NCBI GenBank assembly: GCA_002633005.1
Contig: NMRA01000026.1
Span: 1 to 63,836, forward strand
From: Phoronis australis
Taxonomy: Eukaryota > Animalia > Phoronida
Direction of reading: 5' to 3'
Length of the DNA: 63,836 nucleotides
Within the stretch, counting starts at the first letter, position 1. The number at the start of each line of letters is the position of its first letter. Shown here one piece after another: positions 13,492 through 27,597 of this stretch. The notes beneath the pieces were generated by a model. The model made no database searches, was not told the origin of the DNA, and was given only the letters and a program-made list of their open reading frames with translations. Position numbers and translations under genes: made by a program.

Positions 13492-13655
13492 AATTTGGTA
13501 CAGTAGGTTATCACGCAGCATGTTCCAACGACAAACTAGTGCAAACTAACTCTAGTGAGAGAGTAGCTTCACATTCCCACTACTCACTATTCCCTGTATC
13601 TCATTTCACCACATGGATGTGACTTGATAGAATATCGACACTTGTCGTACTGTAC

Positions 13656-13696
13656 ATATCCTGATGATGTCTTATGAACAGACGAAACGTTGAGTT
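13656..13696 (+). ncRNA. Minimal type I hammerhead ribozyme motif (Penelope-like element type), probably degenerate
   Basis: CTGATGA (13661-13667), t, stem II GTCT/AGAC, GAAA (13684-13687), CGTT; stem I only partly paired. Confidence 0.55.
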
Positions 13697-15214
13697 ACCA
13701 TGAACTTTTTTATTTGAGCGGCGATTGTCCGTTTTCTAATCGTACCATGGCCAAAAAATGATATAATTTATAAAAATGTGCCCTCATAGGTGTATGACAG
13801 CAACCTTCACATCCCTTGAATGTACCTATTCCATGTTGAAACTTAGGTTAGTTGGTGGCACTTTCATAGGCTAAGAGTCCAGAAATTTTGAGCGATGCCG
13901 GCGTGCATTCGAACTTATAATGAAACATCCCGTGGAGTATGTAAACTGGTGTTGAAGTGCGAGATAGATTTTGAGTACGGTCTGGCAGTTATTTCTGGAG
14001 TATTAATGAGTTTTTTAAGAAGTTCACGTTTGACAAGCATTCAATTCCTGTGAACACGGATGTGTGTAGGAGAAAATCGCCGATCCAAATCCCGACAAAA
14101 TGGTCGTGATTAGTAGACAACGTACTTGCTAGAAGTAAAACAGGCTGTATTTGATGTCACCACAGCTTATGTGTTAGAACACAGATTTCGTCCATTGAAA
14201 ATATACGGAGTTGGCAGTCCATGCACTATAGTCTATGATGAAATGGACCCCTGGCACACGTCAAAGGCATATAGACAAAATGACCCATAATTCCCTATCA
14301 AAGTGACTGTGCAGATGCCAAATTCATCATCGGAGTAGCATTCCTTCTATCAACAATGAATGCAAATTACCAAGAAAGTAAGTAAGAAGGCTAAGACATA
14401 CTGAAATTCGAATTCTGCTCTCCAAACAGTTATTACCAATAAAGTCATGCATAATTGCCCTCACCAGACCCAAAATTACCCTCCAATGATCAAAAATTGA
14501 CCTCAAGGCCAGAATAATTCAGCAAAACGTTTTTTTAGCTTTGGCTACTTTTGCTAATAAGGGGTGGCATACAGGAGGATAAATTTTCCCCTTAACCAAA
14601 AACTTCCCCGCATAAAGTTCTGGCACCTTTCCCTCATGTGAACGAGGTCCATGTCATTACATACGCAAAATTAAACAGCAATTAATGCATTGACCTCTAG
14701 GCTGTCATAACTCCACGTGTCCTGACCACTAATTTTGACGGAAAAATGTTCCTGTGAGACCAAATAATTGCGTGACGATGGCGTTTTTTTGTTGTGTTTA
14801 CAAGAGACGCCCTCAAAATAAACGAGACCCGCCTATTTAGGTAACTGAGAAACAATAGAAAATAAATGTCAGTAATACTCGTATATCTCTAATTATCAAC
14901 ACAAAACTGTGAAAATATAGTATCAGCAAAATATCCCTTTGGAAAAGCACTACTATTCTTAAAACGCACAATCTCAGCAAAAACAAACCTTCACGGGTAT
15001 GCTTCAAGAAGTCTTATGTAAACCTCACAGGCAGCGGTACAGCATGAAATCCCATCCTACCAGGAGGACGTCCATTTCAAACTGGGATACGCGTATTTGA
15101 TATTCCAGTATGAATTATTAAATCTTCATAACAGTGAATCTCGCAATCACAGCTGTGATTGGTCCTTATAAAACAGTGGGGACATATCACCTGTTAGGAT
15201 ACCGTAGTAAAAAC

Positions 15215-15440
15215 ATACACACAGTGTTCAGTACCACTTCAGGGGGTACTCCTAAGTAAGAAGTACACACAATGTTGNGGGGACATTCTCATGAAAGGTG
15301 CATAGACATTAGTACTGCTTCAGGGGGGGGGGTACTCCCAAGGAAGGTGCACACGCACGCTCATTGTAATGCATTACCACTTCATGGGATATTCCCATAG
15401 AAGGTACACATACAGTGTAGTACAACTTCATGGGGGTAAC
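15215..15440. repeat. Degenerate tandem repeat spanning an N at 15278
   Basis: Recurring taccacttca(g/t)gggg..tactcc..aaggt.caca units. Confidence 0.5.
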
Positions 15441-18400
15441 GGAGGGTGCTCAGAGTACCTCCCCATTGGGTACTTCCACAAACGTATAGCTTCGGGCCAG
15501 AGGTCTACATGATGTACTAGTCGATATATATGTATTAGTATTTCATCACATGGTAAATTCGGATGTTTCATCTGATGTAGGAAGTTAATGCCACATTTTT
15601 AGTCCAAAAATAAACCGTTGGTTTAAACTTTCTGCCTAGTATGACTTGTTTGTAACCAAATACAATTAAAGCTGTTTCAAAAGAAAAGTTTTGTATTTCA
15701 ACATTTAAATGCATCTGCGCAATTCCAGAATCAATTTGAAAAATGCTTGAGGCAAAACTGGGTGGTACAATCATAAAATAAAAGACAAGCCATGAAGTTT
15801 ATTCATTCAAGGAATGTGATACATTGATACTGTTTGCCCCTGGTTACAGGCTCTGAGGCCAATGTTGAACACAGGGATGGAAGCTGGTTACTTAATCCAC
15901 CACCACGTCTGATACATTAAAGTTTCATAAATTCAGAATACAATAATTTTCGACAAACCCACGCAGGACGAAAACTTTACTGCATCATTACCTGAGTTTA
16001 TATTATGCAACTGTCATCAATAAACAAACAAACAAACAAACAATGGCATTAAGAATTCTAACAATACAGTTACGTTTTTTAAAGTAGTAAAAACGATGAG
16101 ATTTCCAAGTATTTTTAATTGAATTTTACGAAACTGTATCGTATATTTCTAATCATACTGACCAAAGTCCACAACAGCAAAACATTTGCAAAACTTGTCC
16201 ATAAATGCTGCATTACCACTTGTAATGATTTATAATTCTTTTTATCTTTTAAAGTGGCGGACAAGCAACGGTATGGACCGGTCTTCATGCATTTTATATA
16301 GCACAATTATCATTATCAAACATTCATCAATTTTTGAGCATTTTTATCAAATCGATTACTGTCAATTTTTGAAAGTTGAGAGAAGGAAGTTTTGGCATTG
16401 ATGTTTGTTAAAATTTTGGAAAAACTATTCGAATATAAGCCGATAAAGACATGTGAGAATTTATGGTCCGTATATTGTGCTAGATTAAAACTAGCCACTT
16501 CTGAGTTCTGGAGTGAATAAGGTTTGACAGATAACAGGTTCCAAATCAGCACAACTAGCATAGCGCTTGGCATGTTTTTACATTTCCCATTTTCACTCTG
16601 GTACAGAGGAAACTAGTAAGCTTGGAATTTTATATATAGTCAAGGCACATAATCATCTCTACCTGAAGATGACATTATGCTAAAGGCAACGTAATTATCA
16701 AATACCAAAAACATTTACTAAAAATCCAAAGACAACAATACAATACTTCTTATTAATTTATAATTTATAAATTTGTAAGTACAAATTAGATACTTACTTG
16801 ATAATTACTTATAACAGTGAAAGTGAGGTTTGAAAACATCAGTAAAATTAATATTTAGGGAAGATGAAAAACCCTTTTCGTACCAAATTATTTCGCACTT
16901 CTTAAGTTTTCAGACATTTTAATTTTTGCTACAAAATTATATCTAAGTACTCTTAAAAGAAACATGGAAATGCCCGATATTACTACTAGCTATTTGCATT
17001 TGTAATAAAACAAAAGCAAGACTAAGTCAGGAACATTTCTAGCACTAGATGTCATTTCCATTGGTGAACTTTTTTCATGATAGAATAAATATACCTTAGT
17101 ACGGGCGAAAGCTTTACATAAAAAACTAATCCAAAGAACCACCTGCCTCTACCCATAAAACAGCATGATGTCTATTAGGTAATTTCAATGCTACCTACCT
17201 TGCATTCAAGACTTGCATGTAGCCATGGCAACCCTTTATTGAATGCTTAAATTATGCTAGTACTGGTGGTAATTAAGGAACATCTCAATAAATCCATAAT
17301 CAGTTATGTAATTTAATTTATTCTGATAAGTGGATTTGATGCAGCTTTTATAAACAAGTTGTCAAGAGGGTTATTTGTATCAGCTGACACAGTAACCATT
17401 TTGATTTTTCAAAAGTGTACCACTTGTTTGACGTACAAGCCATCAGTCTTCACATTTAGTAAATGATTTATACAAATCCATACATTACTCCAACCTATAT
17501 TTTACGAGGTAAGTGGGCTATTTGGGGAATCATGATGCCCTAGTTTAGTGATCACAGATTTTCTTCAAAACTCGTGCACCCCACAAGGCTTATATAAATC
17601 TATTTTAGCAACAGGTCTACTGATAAGCAATTTTCGTCTTCACCAAGTCTGCACTAATTATCACAGCTGCGAAGTCTTAAAGTTATGTTGAAACCTCGAA
17701 AAATATCCAAATTTAGTCAAATTTACCCACTGTTTTCCAAACGCTACTCAGAAAATATTGTTTTTTAAAATATTCATCTTTTATACGAGGGCTATCAAAA
17801 ATTGTACAGTTATGGTTTTTATGAAAAGAAATAAAAAATTGAATGAAACAAAAACGGATAATTTAGAAAGCTATCACATTTTTGAGATGTCAACTTGAAG
17901 ACTTTGTCATTTTGTTGCTCGTTTTCTTGTCAATTTGTCATCCTAAAGAGACATGATCACGTAACCCAAGAAATGGCAAACTAATAAAAAGTCAAGAAAA
18001 ATATCCATTCAAATTGAATTTTTGGCAACCATAAAGGTAGAATAGGGCCCCATTATTCAGAACATATCCCCAAAATAGGCGAAACTAGCATCTTGACTAC
18101 TGCTAGGGTAAAAATTCTTCAATTTAGGACAAAAATAATTGCTAAAATTGCCACATATCTATTTTTCAGAGGCTAACCACATCGCTGCAAGTGATCAAAC
18201 TTTTACAAAATGTTGTTTGGTAATAGCTACGCCATACAAACCATGCCAGGTGCAAAGTAAATAAATTTTTCCTGAAAAGTTAAATTAGTCGAAAAGTTTT
18301 ACAAAACCAAATAGCAGTCGGTCAGAAGGGTGATATTTCAATGACCAGTTTCCCTACGAAAAGGTGCTTTTTCTGACAAAATGCCTAATGAAGAGTTATC

Positions 18401-18961
18401 TATCCAATCACAATTCCCTACAAAATGGTTCACCTTGGGGATTCCGGAAAGTCTACAAAAAAGCTTCTATTTCCAAGTCACACAAAGCTAGAGAGGATTT
18501 GCGATATTACATGGATTTTCAAAAGTTTGCTGCACAAGATGCACTAAATTTTTACAACCTTACGTCTCCTCTTGTTACTGTTGACCACTTAACAGCATGA
18601 AAGTTGAGCCGTCCAAGAATCCCTCCGGAAGGTTTTGGTTTGTGAAATAAACACCTACAAAGCAACAATGTTCCTGGAATAAAACTCTGTATAAGGGCGA
18701 CTTTTCCATGGAAGCTTCCCACAATCGTTCCCTTTTTTCCACTGTTCCCTCCAAATGGGTATGTACCCACTTTACCAGCGAGCAACCCTTGGGAAACAAA
18801 GTCCTAACATGCTAAGAAGACTTTGTTGATGGAATGACAGCACCAGCGGCATTAAATTAAATACGGAATTTCAAACACAAAAAAGTAGACGAAGAAGTTT
18901 TTTAAGTTGCCTCCATGCATCCCATTGCCACCATCAATACCTGGACTTACCGAAGCATCAC

Positions 18962-21683
18962 AGCATTAACCACAATACTTACTACAATCCCAAATGATGT
19001 ATCTGAACACACAACAGTTACCATTGATGCACACTGTCAGATAAACCTGGACATACTATACAGAACAAAGAATTCATCTCAGTGAATCAACATAAAGTTC
19101 CCCCTCCACTGAATATGGCATGGTAAATTGAATTAAGGAAGCCATGCACTGAATTAGCAATTATCTCCCTATCAATCTCTCTATAATTGCCACTCAATTG
19201 CTCAAGTCACACACCATCCCACTTCAAGCTTCCAATAAATGCCTACAGAAAAAGCAATTTTATGTCTGTTTGAAGCCTAATGACTGACTATTTTGGAAGT
19301 AGGATATTATCCACTTGACATGCACGTACATAGGGGGGGGGGCTCGGATGGCTCGAACAAGCCCCTCATTTGGCGAAGTGGGCAAAAAGGTCTGCCTCAG
19401 AGAGACAAAACCTCTGAAAAACGTAGAAAATGAGACGGAAGTTCACTAAACAGGCAGAAATTACCAAAATTCTGCGGCTGCATAATTCATAGCTCTCAAC
19501 ATACCCTGTGAATCTTGGTAAAAGGTCCACAGGCAGATAAAAACGTTTTACCAGTCTTATACCACGCCAGTAGGAAAGCTGGGTGATAAGAATACGTTAT
19601 GGATAATCTTAATTACTCAATTACTTTTTATGTTTACAAAACTAAATTAGTTAATTAATTTTGCCTTGTTCTCTGCACTAGGAGCAGCTGAGTCAAGACT
19701 GCACAATGAGCCAAGCTGACCACAGCAATGATATGGCCACAACTCTCCAATTCAAAGAGTGAAAAATTAATTATTTCGCTCAAGGTCAGAGCTTGTCTCA
19801 AATTCTAGAATAGGAAATATTGCATGTCGTGAATTGCAAGATCACAAACACAGAAATACCACTACTCCTTAAATACCAAACACATTGTCTGAAGTTTGAG
19901 AAATATGGTGAATATGAAAATCACCCTTGTTTTAGATTCCAGAAAATGCAAATTCTAGAGACTGCCAAATTGGAAATTTTTTTCCGTACTTATGCGAACG
20001 AAAATTTCCATGACTCACTACATAATAATCAAAGCCTATTACTGTGGAAACGTGACAGTTATGTTTAATATTGGGATGAATATATTCAATAACTTAAGAT
20101 ACAAAGACAAACCCTGTGCATCTGTTACATTCATTGAAAGACATTACGAACACAACCATTACATATGCATTTGTAGAATTCCGTACCCTGCGTTGTAATA
20201 ATCTGGGTATTGCACAAATCGGCCGTTTTGGCAATGCCCACCCTGAGTTCTATACTAGTCGATCGTATAAGTTAAACATGGAAATTCAATTTTTCTCCAT
20301 TTAAACGCCCTGAACTTTANAGCATTAACCACAATACTTACTACAATCCCAAATGATGTATCTGAACACACAACAGTTACCATTGATGCACACTGTCAGA
20401 TAAACCTGGACATACTATACAGAACAAAGAATTCATCTCAGTGAATCAACATAAAGTTCCCCCTCCACTGAATATGGCATGGTAAATTGAATTAAGGAAG
20501 CCATGCACTGAATTAGCAATTATCTCCCTATCAATCTCTCTATAATTGCCACTCAATTGCTCAAGTCACACACCATCCCACTTCAAGCTTCCAATAAATG
20601 CCTACAGAAAAAGCAATTTTATGTCTGTTTGAAGCCTAATGACTGACTATTTTGGAAGTAGGATATTATCCACTTGACATGCACGTACATAGGGGGGGGC
20701 TCGGATGGCTCGAACAAGCCCCTCATTTGGCGAAGTGGGCAAAAAGGTCTGCCTCAGAGAGACAAAACCTCTGAAAAAGGTAGAAAATGAGACGGAAGTT
20801 CACTTAACAGGCAGAAATTACCAAAATTCTGCGGCTGCATAATTCATAGCTCTCAACATACCCTGTGAATCTTGGTAAAAGGTCCACATGGCAAGGCAGA
20901 TAAAAACGTTTTACCAGTCTTATACCACGCCAGTAGGAAAGCTGGGTGATAAGAATACGTTATGGATAATCTTAATTACTCAATTACTTTTTATGTTTAC
21001 AAAACTAAATTAGTTAATTAATTTTGCCCTTGTTCTCTGCACTAGGAGCAGCTGAGTCAAGACTGCACAATGAGCCAAGCTGACCACAGCAATGATATGG
21101 CCACAACTCTCCAATTCAAAGAGTGAAAAATTAATTATTTTGCTCAAGGTCGGAGCTTGTCTCAAATTCTAGAATAGGAAATATTGCATGTCATGAATTG
21201 CAAGATCACAAACACAGAAATACCACTACTCCTTAAATACCAAACACATTGTCTGAAGTTTGAGAAATATGGTGAATATGAAAATCACCCTTGTTTCAGA
21301 TTCCAGAAAATGCAAATTCTAGAGACTGCCAAATTGGAAAAATTTTTCCGTACTTATGCGAACGAAAATTTCCATGACTCACTACATAATAATCAAAGCC
21401 TATTACTGTGGAAACGTGACAGTTATGTTTAATATTGGGATGAAGATATTCAATAACTTAAGATACAAAGACAAACCCTGTGCATCTGTTACATTCATTG
21501 AAAGACATTACGAACACAACCATTACATATGCATTTGTAGAATTCCGCACCCTGCGTTGTAATAATTTGGGTATTTCACAAATCGGAAGTTTTGGCAATG
21601 CCCACCCTGAGTTCTATACTAGTCGATCGTATAAGTTAAACATGGAAATTCAATGTTTCTCCATTTAACCGCCCTGAACTTTA
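18962..21683. repeat. ~1.36-kb tandem duplication (18962-20319 / 20321-21683) joined by a single N
   Basis: Near-identical copies with scattered substitutions and small indels. Confidence 0.93.
19319..19530. mobile_element. MITE family A-related partial copy, reverse orientation (repeated at ~20678-20888)
   Basis: Reverse complement of the 6930/36822 internal sequence (aaaaaggtctgcctcaga...aattcatagctct). Confidence 0.65.
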
Positions 21684-22284
21684 ACACGAATGAATATGAC
21701 CAACGTTCACCATTGTTGAGATATGACTTCAGAGAATAATAACTCAACATTCTACAGTTCACAAAGCAAAGAATCAATCCTCTCTTCACAGCTGCAGTCA
21801 AAAAGTGAGACATTTCTTACGTTACATTTTAATGCAATTTTCATTGCAGAGACCATTTTCTATGAATTGTAAATATATGCCATTTTATGGTTATATAGTT
21901 TGGTTAGAGAGTGTCTTGAATAGTGTATGACAAAATTAGTTAATAGGTGGCACTGCTGTCTTTTTACAATTTCATCAAACATTCTCCAAAATTTGAAGTA
22001 AAGTAAAACCACATTCTCAATCCCACTTATTTGAGCTACCCCTAGTAATTTGAGCAACACAATTTGAGCAACACAATTTCTCTGTCCATCTGTCACCACA
22101 ATTATTATTCCTTCACCCCGGTGATCCAAAGTTCATTCTTCCTATAAGGTTCGCCATAAGTTTACCATGAATGCCAAAGTTCTAACCCTCGATTGGCATG
22201 ACTTCCAAAGCCCCACCCCACCAGTGCCTACGTGGTCAAGCCCTATTTTGCGTGGGTCCTGTAGCTCATATAGCTTTTAAAATT

Positions 22285-22523
22285 CATGCACGCACCCAGC
22301 CTAAAATGTAGGAGGCTCAAATTTCTCGGTATGCGGACCTTCTACTAAGAAAAATCAATGAGAACTAAAAAAAAACAGGGCCACTGGGTTCAGGCCTACG
22401 GACTTGTGGACCTTTGCCTCATTTGCTCAGACTTTTTGTTTCCTTGAGGCGGATATTTTTGCCGAATTCGCCAAATTGGGGGGGCTCGTTCGAGCCCTCC
22501 GAACCCCCCTGGGTGTGCCCATG
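22285..22523. mobile_element. MITE family A, copy 2 (5-bp TSD AAATT)
   Basis: CATG...CATG ends; AAATT at 22280-22284 and 22524-22528; colinear with copy 1. Confidence 0.8.
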
Positions 22524-23690
22524 AAATTTGTTCAAGTTATTTTCCAGTACTGATGTGCTCATACATGACTAAACCTTTATTTGACATAGATCTGTGAAAT
22601 TTGGAGATACGACCAAATTCACCAATCCAACACACTAAATGTTCTTCACAAGCCCAGGGTCTGAGTAAATTACAAGTTAACGTCAGTTTCACATCAGTTT
22701 GAGCGATCTAAATAAAAATAAGACTTTTGGAAAAAGAAGTCAATAACTGCGTTGTTGCATTTGTTTTTGAGGCTAGCCAGACATAAAAAGAGAAGATAAT
22801 TGACGCACTGATCAATTGTGAAAAGCAAACAACAAAACCACTCAACATGACAACCAACTGTGTTTGCACAGAAGACCAACTTTCCAGTCACAACCAATTC
22901 ACTGAGCAAGGCCTAATGAACACCAGCAAACCACACACTCACTGGTCATTATTGACCAATGAGTGTGTGACTACAAAACAAAACTCAATGCCTAAGCAAG
23001 TCCTGAAATAGCACAGCATCACTCTCATTTTAAATTATTTACCCATAATGCAGCACACGAAAAGCACTTGTCCTGCTTCTTATATGCAAGAAATCACACT
23101 TGCCACTAATTCATATCCTAATGCGTAATTCATCATTCTTAAGTCGGCAAGTTATTGCACTCCTAGTTCACAATTGTTGAATAAAGATTCGGATAAGTAC
23201 ATTAGGAGTGAACCACAGTCTAGAAATTATTTGTCTTGGAGATATCTTGGTACTGCCAGTTATGTGTATATTCTGACATGGACTGTGCACTTCTGCTGAA
23301 GTGCGATTTAATTATTTTTCTGAACAGTTCTGCAAGGCACGAGACCAAATATCTCACTAAGTGACTTAAAAGTCACTTTTTAAGAAACAGATCTGATCGT
23401 CTAGATGTGAAAAATTTCCAGATGGTAAATCATGCGGAGTCTGTACCATGTGACAAGGCGCCATCTATGTCATATGGTCTGACATACCGTCAATACTCAA
23501 CACAGGTAACACCTGTTGGAAAATACCTTGAAAGCGATCTCAGTTCCAACTATGACAACTTAATAACACGTGAGTTTGAATTCTAAGTTGTAATGTATAC
23601 CGTTTTGTCTTTATAGTGATTGGTTTTATTGATTTTTCAATATGTTAACATGGATGTCACAAAATTAATTCATGTTCAATTTGTACAAAA

Positions 23691-23910
23691 GAGGCAAGGT
23701 AGTCTAGTGGGATAAGCACCTACTTCTTTCACTCAAGGTCGTGGGTGCGAGTCCCACTGGGGTACACTGCTAGAACTTTGAGTCAGGTTTCGAGCTCCTC
23801 AATTCGGTTTTAACAACTAGTAATAAAGCATACAAATGGTTCCAGGTGATCAGTGCAATGGGCCCACCTAAGTGGTGTGCCCACGTTTAGTACGTGTACC
23901 AGACCACCTG
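23691..23910 (+). mobile_element. tRNA-derived SINE
   Basis: A box tagtctagtgg and B box ggtgcgagtccc; body taaagcat..atggttccaggtgatcagtgcaat..gccca recurs at ~8796-8866. Confidence 0.65.
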
Positions 23911-26900
23911 CCATTGCTTTTTAATTTGCATTGACATAACAAAAAGCAGCATCTGTACAACCTTATTTTGACATATGGCAAATCAAGCCTCAATTTGAGA
24001 ACTCACCAACATAGCACGCAAGACATGTGTTGAGTAACTTTACGATGTGAGATGTCAATTTTCAAGTTGCCAAACCCAACAATTCAAACGTAAACAAAAA
24101 ATACTTATAACTGGAATTGTTCTATCCATTTCACAGAGGCCAATATTATGAAGTCAATGCAAAGGCCTCGTCATCATCGGTTAGCTACAGACTGAAGTCC
24201 CCTAACCAACTCACTATTTGGATTTGTGTTCAGTTCACTGAGCATAAATCGATTCTGCCGGTTGTTTGCACTAGCACCTAGTGCATATTGCTCCAATGAT
24301 TTTGCTGGTGAAGAAAAGTTAAGCAGATTTTACAGATGATGTTAAAATCAATAAATGGAATTATCTTTAACCGCCCACTTATCACTTATTTAGCACACAA
24401 TATGATCGACAAGTGAAATTCTATTGCATGTCAAACTTCACCACAAGATAACAGATTAAGAAGACTTTAGACAATAGGGCTGTCCCAGATTATACAGAGA
24501 TGCAGACAGATTCCAGTGTCCCTGCATGGTTTATAGTGCACAGGTGTCATAAAACAACATCTTGTAATTAAAATTTCTAATAATCAACTTTTATAATGGG
24601 AAAAAGCCAGGAGAATTATTACAAGTGTAGATTAGTTTGTATTTTGTATATACAACAATTCATGTAATGCGTGTATATAAACAATTGCAGAGAAACATGG
24701 TTCAGCTCATCAGACATTTGTGACTTGGTTCATCTTAAAATTATAACACTTGTAACTGAATACAGTGGAGTATGTTTACTAGTAGAATACCCCAGGAAAC
24801 TTCCCAAATTCAATCAAACTATCACCTTCACAATTTTGCACCGCACAACAGAGAATCACATAATAATAAAATAACGTAAATTTCAACCAATCTTTATTGG
24901 TTTTTTTCAACTACTGGCGATTTTTTTCAACAATATTTTGTAAATGAACGACTAGAATCTGTCATTTCGGCATAAACATACATCGTGTCCAAACTAAAAT
25001 TTTGAAAACAAATAATTTAGTGTGACTAATAGTTTTTAAAAACAAATCTATTAGTACACGAAACACAAACTCCTTTTTGGAAGTTGAATAATAAATTATA
25101 TTTTAACATTTCCAACAGTAACTATGAGGTACAGAGAACTGAGAAAGTAAACCAGAAGAGGGCATTCTATGATCCATTGCAAACTCTAGAGTTGGTACTA
25201 ATAAAATGTCGGACATACTCAGCGTTTAAAGCGGCATAAAAATCATGCCTTCAGCCAAAAATTCAAGCTTTGGTTTCAGGACAAACTGTGAAACTTCCTG
25301 TCAATTTCTCCAAAGTCCACAAAACAGAGTAGGGAACAATTTTACAACGAATAAGGGACCTAAATCAAAAATGCTGTTTTTAACAGGAAGCATGGATTTA
25401 ATGCCACAGAAGTCTTTCACTTGTTGCAGGAGACCCTTGTGCCGTGGACGTCTTTATTCTGGTAAACATCTCCACAACAAAAGGGTCTTTTTCTGCTACA
25501 GTAACGCCACCTATTAAGTATGAACTTTGTCACTTCTATTTATTCTTTATAAACATACTTACACGATAAAAGCAAGAATTTCCGTCATTCTTTCTTATCC
25601 TTCGCTTTGACATGATTTTCATCAAAGGTCACATGGTAGAATCTCTCATGACATCACGGTGATACATGACCGACACAACTGGAAGGAGACATCAATTCAG
25701 ATTAAAACTTTAAGCTGCCTTTCATACTGTTCAGCTGGCAAAAGACGATAATCAAATCAAGTCTTTTATTGATATGAAATACGTCTTGTAATATTCTTTA
25801 TCATGTGAGAAGTCTATTTACATAAAGTTAAACAAAAGGTCACTAATTTAAAATTATAGAGCATGTACTCAATGCCTGGGGGTTGAATTGCCGCGTAATT
25901 CGGCAACAATTCAAGATCAAGTGAGCAGGACATCTAGATGTGGGCCAAAGGTATACTGCAAGGTGTTGTGAAAACAAGAAAACCCGGTCAGCAGCACTGA
26001 GCAGGGCATCGACGGCTAGTTTTGAATAATAAACTTACGTGGGTATTTAAGAGTAGGGAATTTGGCATTTGAAAGGGAGAGCTAATGTTAAGCCGGAAGA
26101 AATAGGACTTAAGTTACCAGTGCAGATATTATGCATTGCACATCAAGCTACCAGGATAAATCCTACAACGAAGCCTTCATTATTGATGCGTTAATTAGTA
26201 TTCAACAGGTTCCAACCTAGCACGAGGCAATTCCCACTGTGGTGACATTGACTTCCAGGAGGTAATGTTCAGCAATTATCTCTTGGTTGTATGCTCGCCT
26301 CTCCACTCTTTAACAGACAGCACACGTCTGACTAGCCAGCCAGCTAGTTGTACAAAGACTATCGCCATAGCAAGGTACCGCTATGTGTTGAGCTCTGACA
26401 GAAATTGAAACTGCAAACAGCTCGGGTACTTCTGCCCGCCCCCTCGCCGTGAAACTAGTATCAACAAATAGGGCTAAAGACCACACACTCGTGCCATTTC
26501 CTAAATTTTGCGACATCCCTCGCCAGATGATGACAGCTTCACAGCGGCAAACTTTGTTGTGAAATTCGGTTTGCTGGTGTCAAAATTCTAAAAACTTCCA
26601 ATGAAGTGAAACCAGTTCTGATAATTTGTTGTGACATGTACAAAAGCACGTGAAAGAACAACAGATGATTGAATAATCAGCAAAAAAAATGGCCAATAGG
26701 TGGCGCAACGGTGCCAAAAGCCGACACAAAAGATAACACCACAATTTTAGCAATAGTGTAAAGCTAATTTTTCCAACACCGGTAAACACTATAGTTTACT
26801 CAAGGAACAGAGTAGCTTTAAACAATACTAATTTTGCATCAGATTTTATCTGCTTAATTTTTTATCCACATCAGTGAAAAGCTGTATATTTAGTATACAG

Positions 26901-26926
26901 CTTTGCACCACGTTAGGCTAACATCT

Positions 26927-27066
26927 GGTGTGCGTTCAGTAACACTAGGACCTACGTAGAATGTAACCAAACTCACATTGTCTCATTTAAATTACATGGT
27001 AATATCTCACGTAATCTTGCAAAGTTACGCTTTTTAGCGAGGGCCTAGCATTACTGAACGGGAGGC
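26927..27066. mobile_element. MITE family B, copy 2
   Basis: Same TIRs and internal sequence as 4896-5048; possible CTG TSD. Confidence 0.7.
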
Positions 27067-27519
27067 TGACCTGTCACAGTAGTGAGACGTACGTTATTTG
27101 ACTTGTCTCACTGCACCCTTTGTCGGCATCTGAAGACGACTGTTGTTGGAGACTGCCGACATAGGCTGTCCGGCCCATATGTTGATAATGGCAAATGAGG
27201 GTGCAACATGAATATTAAGCGGCCCTGTGCCCGATACGTGCTGGGATGTGGAACGGCATTCGATAACCAGACAGCATACCAACCAGACGTGTTCAGGTCG
27301 GATAATCAGAACGTAAGGCAAGACAACTTAAGATTTTATAACGGACCTATCACCAAGTCCCATTCCCCGTAACACACCAAATCATGCAGGGGAGCACCCC
27401 ACCCTCTCATACTGAGCTAGCTCGAGAGTCTGTAGTTAAAATTAAATGCAATTACAAAAGCCTAAACGCTAGAATAGAGGCCAAAGCCAAACTCTCAAAG
27501 GTAGAACCAAGCACAGGCG

Positions 27520-27597
27520 TCCTCAGCTTCTGATCATCCCCAGTACGCCATATAACACTGTACTATACAGTGTACTGAGACGATCAGAAACTGAGGA
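27520..27597. repeat. Imperfect inverted repeat/hairpin upstream of RPS5
   Basis: tcctcagcttctgatc..cagtac / gtactg..gatcagaaactgagga. Confidence 0.65.

Noticed and set aside
16663-16695. Second hammerhead (CTGAAGAtgac...aacgt), and a similar CTGAAGA at 27130
   Set aside because: The GAAA box and stem II closure are missing.
17480-18530. Autonomous Tc1/mariner element (tacgagggctatc at ~17785)
   Set aside because: No matching second TIR and no transposase ORF; only a dispersed-repeat fragment shared with ~45833-45891.
19820-21668. Duplicated short ORF trio suggesting tandem genes
   Set aside because: No recognisable domains; they are duplicated only because of the N-junction duplication.
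23691-23775. tRNA gene
   Set aside because: A/B boxes are present but no full cloverleaf forms, and it is followed by a dispersed repeat body; called a SINE instead.
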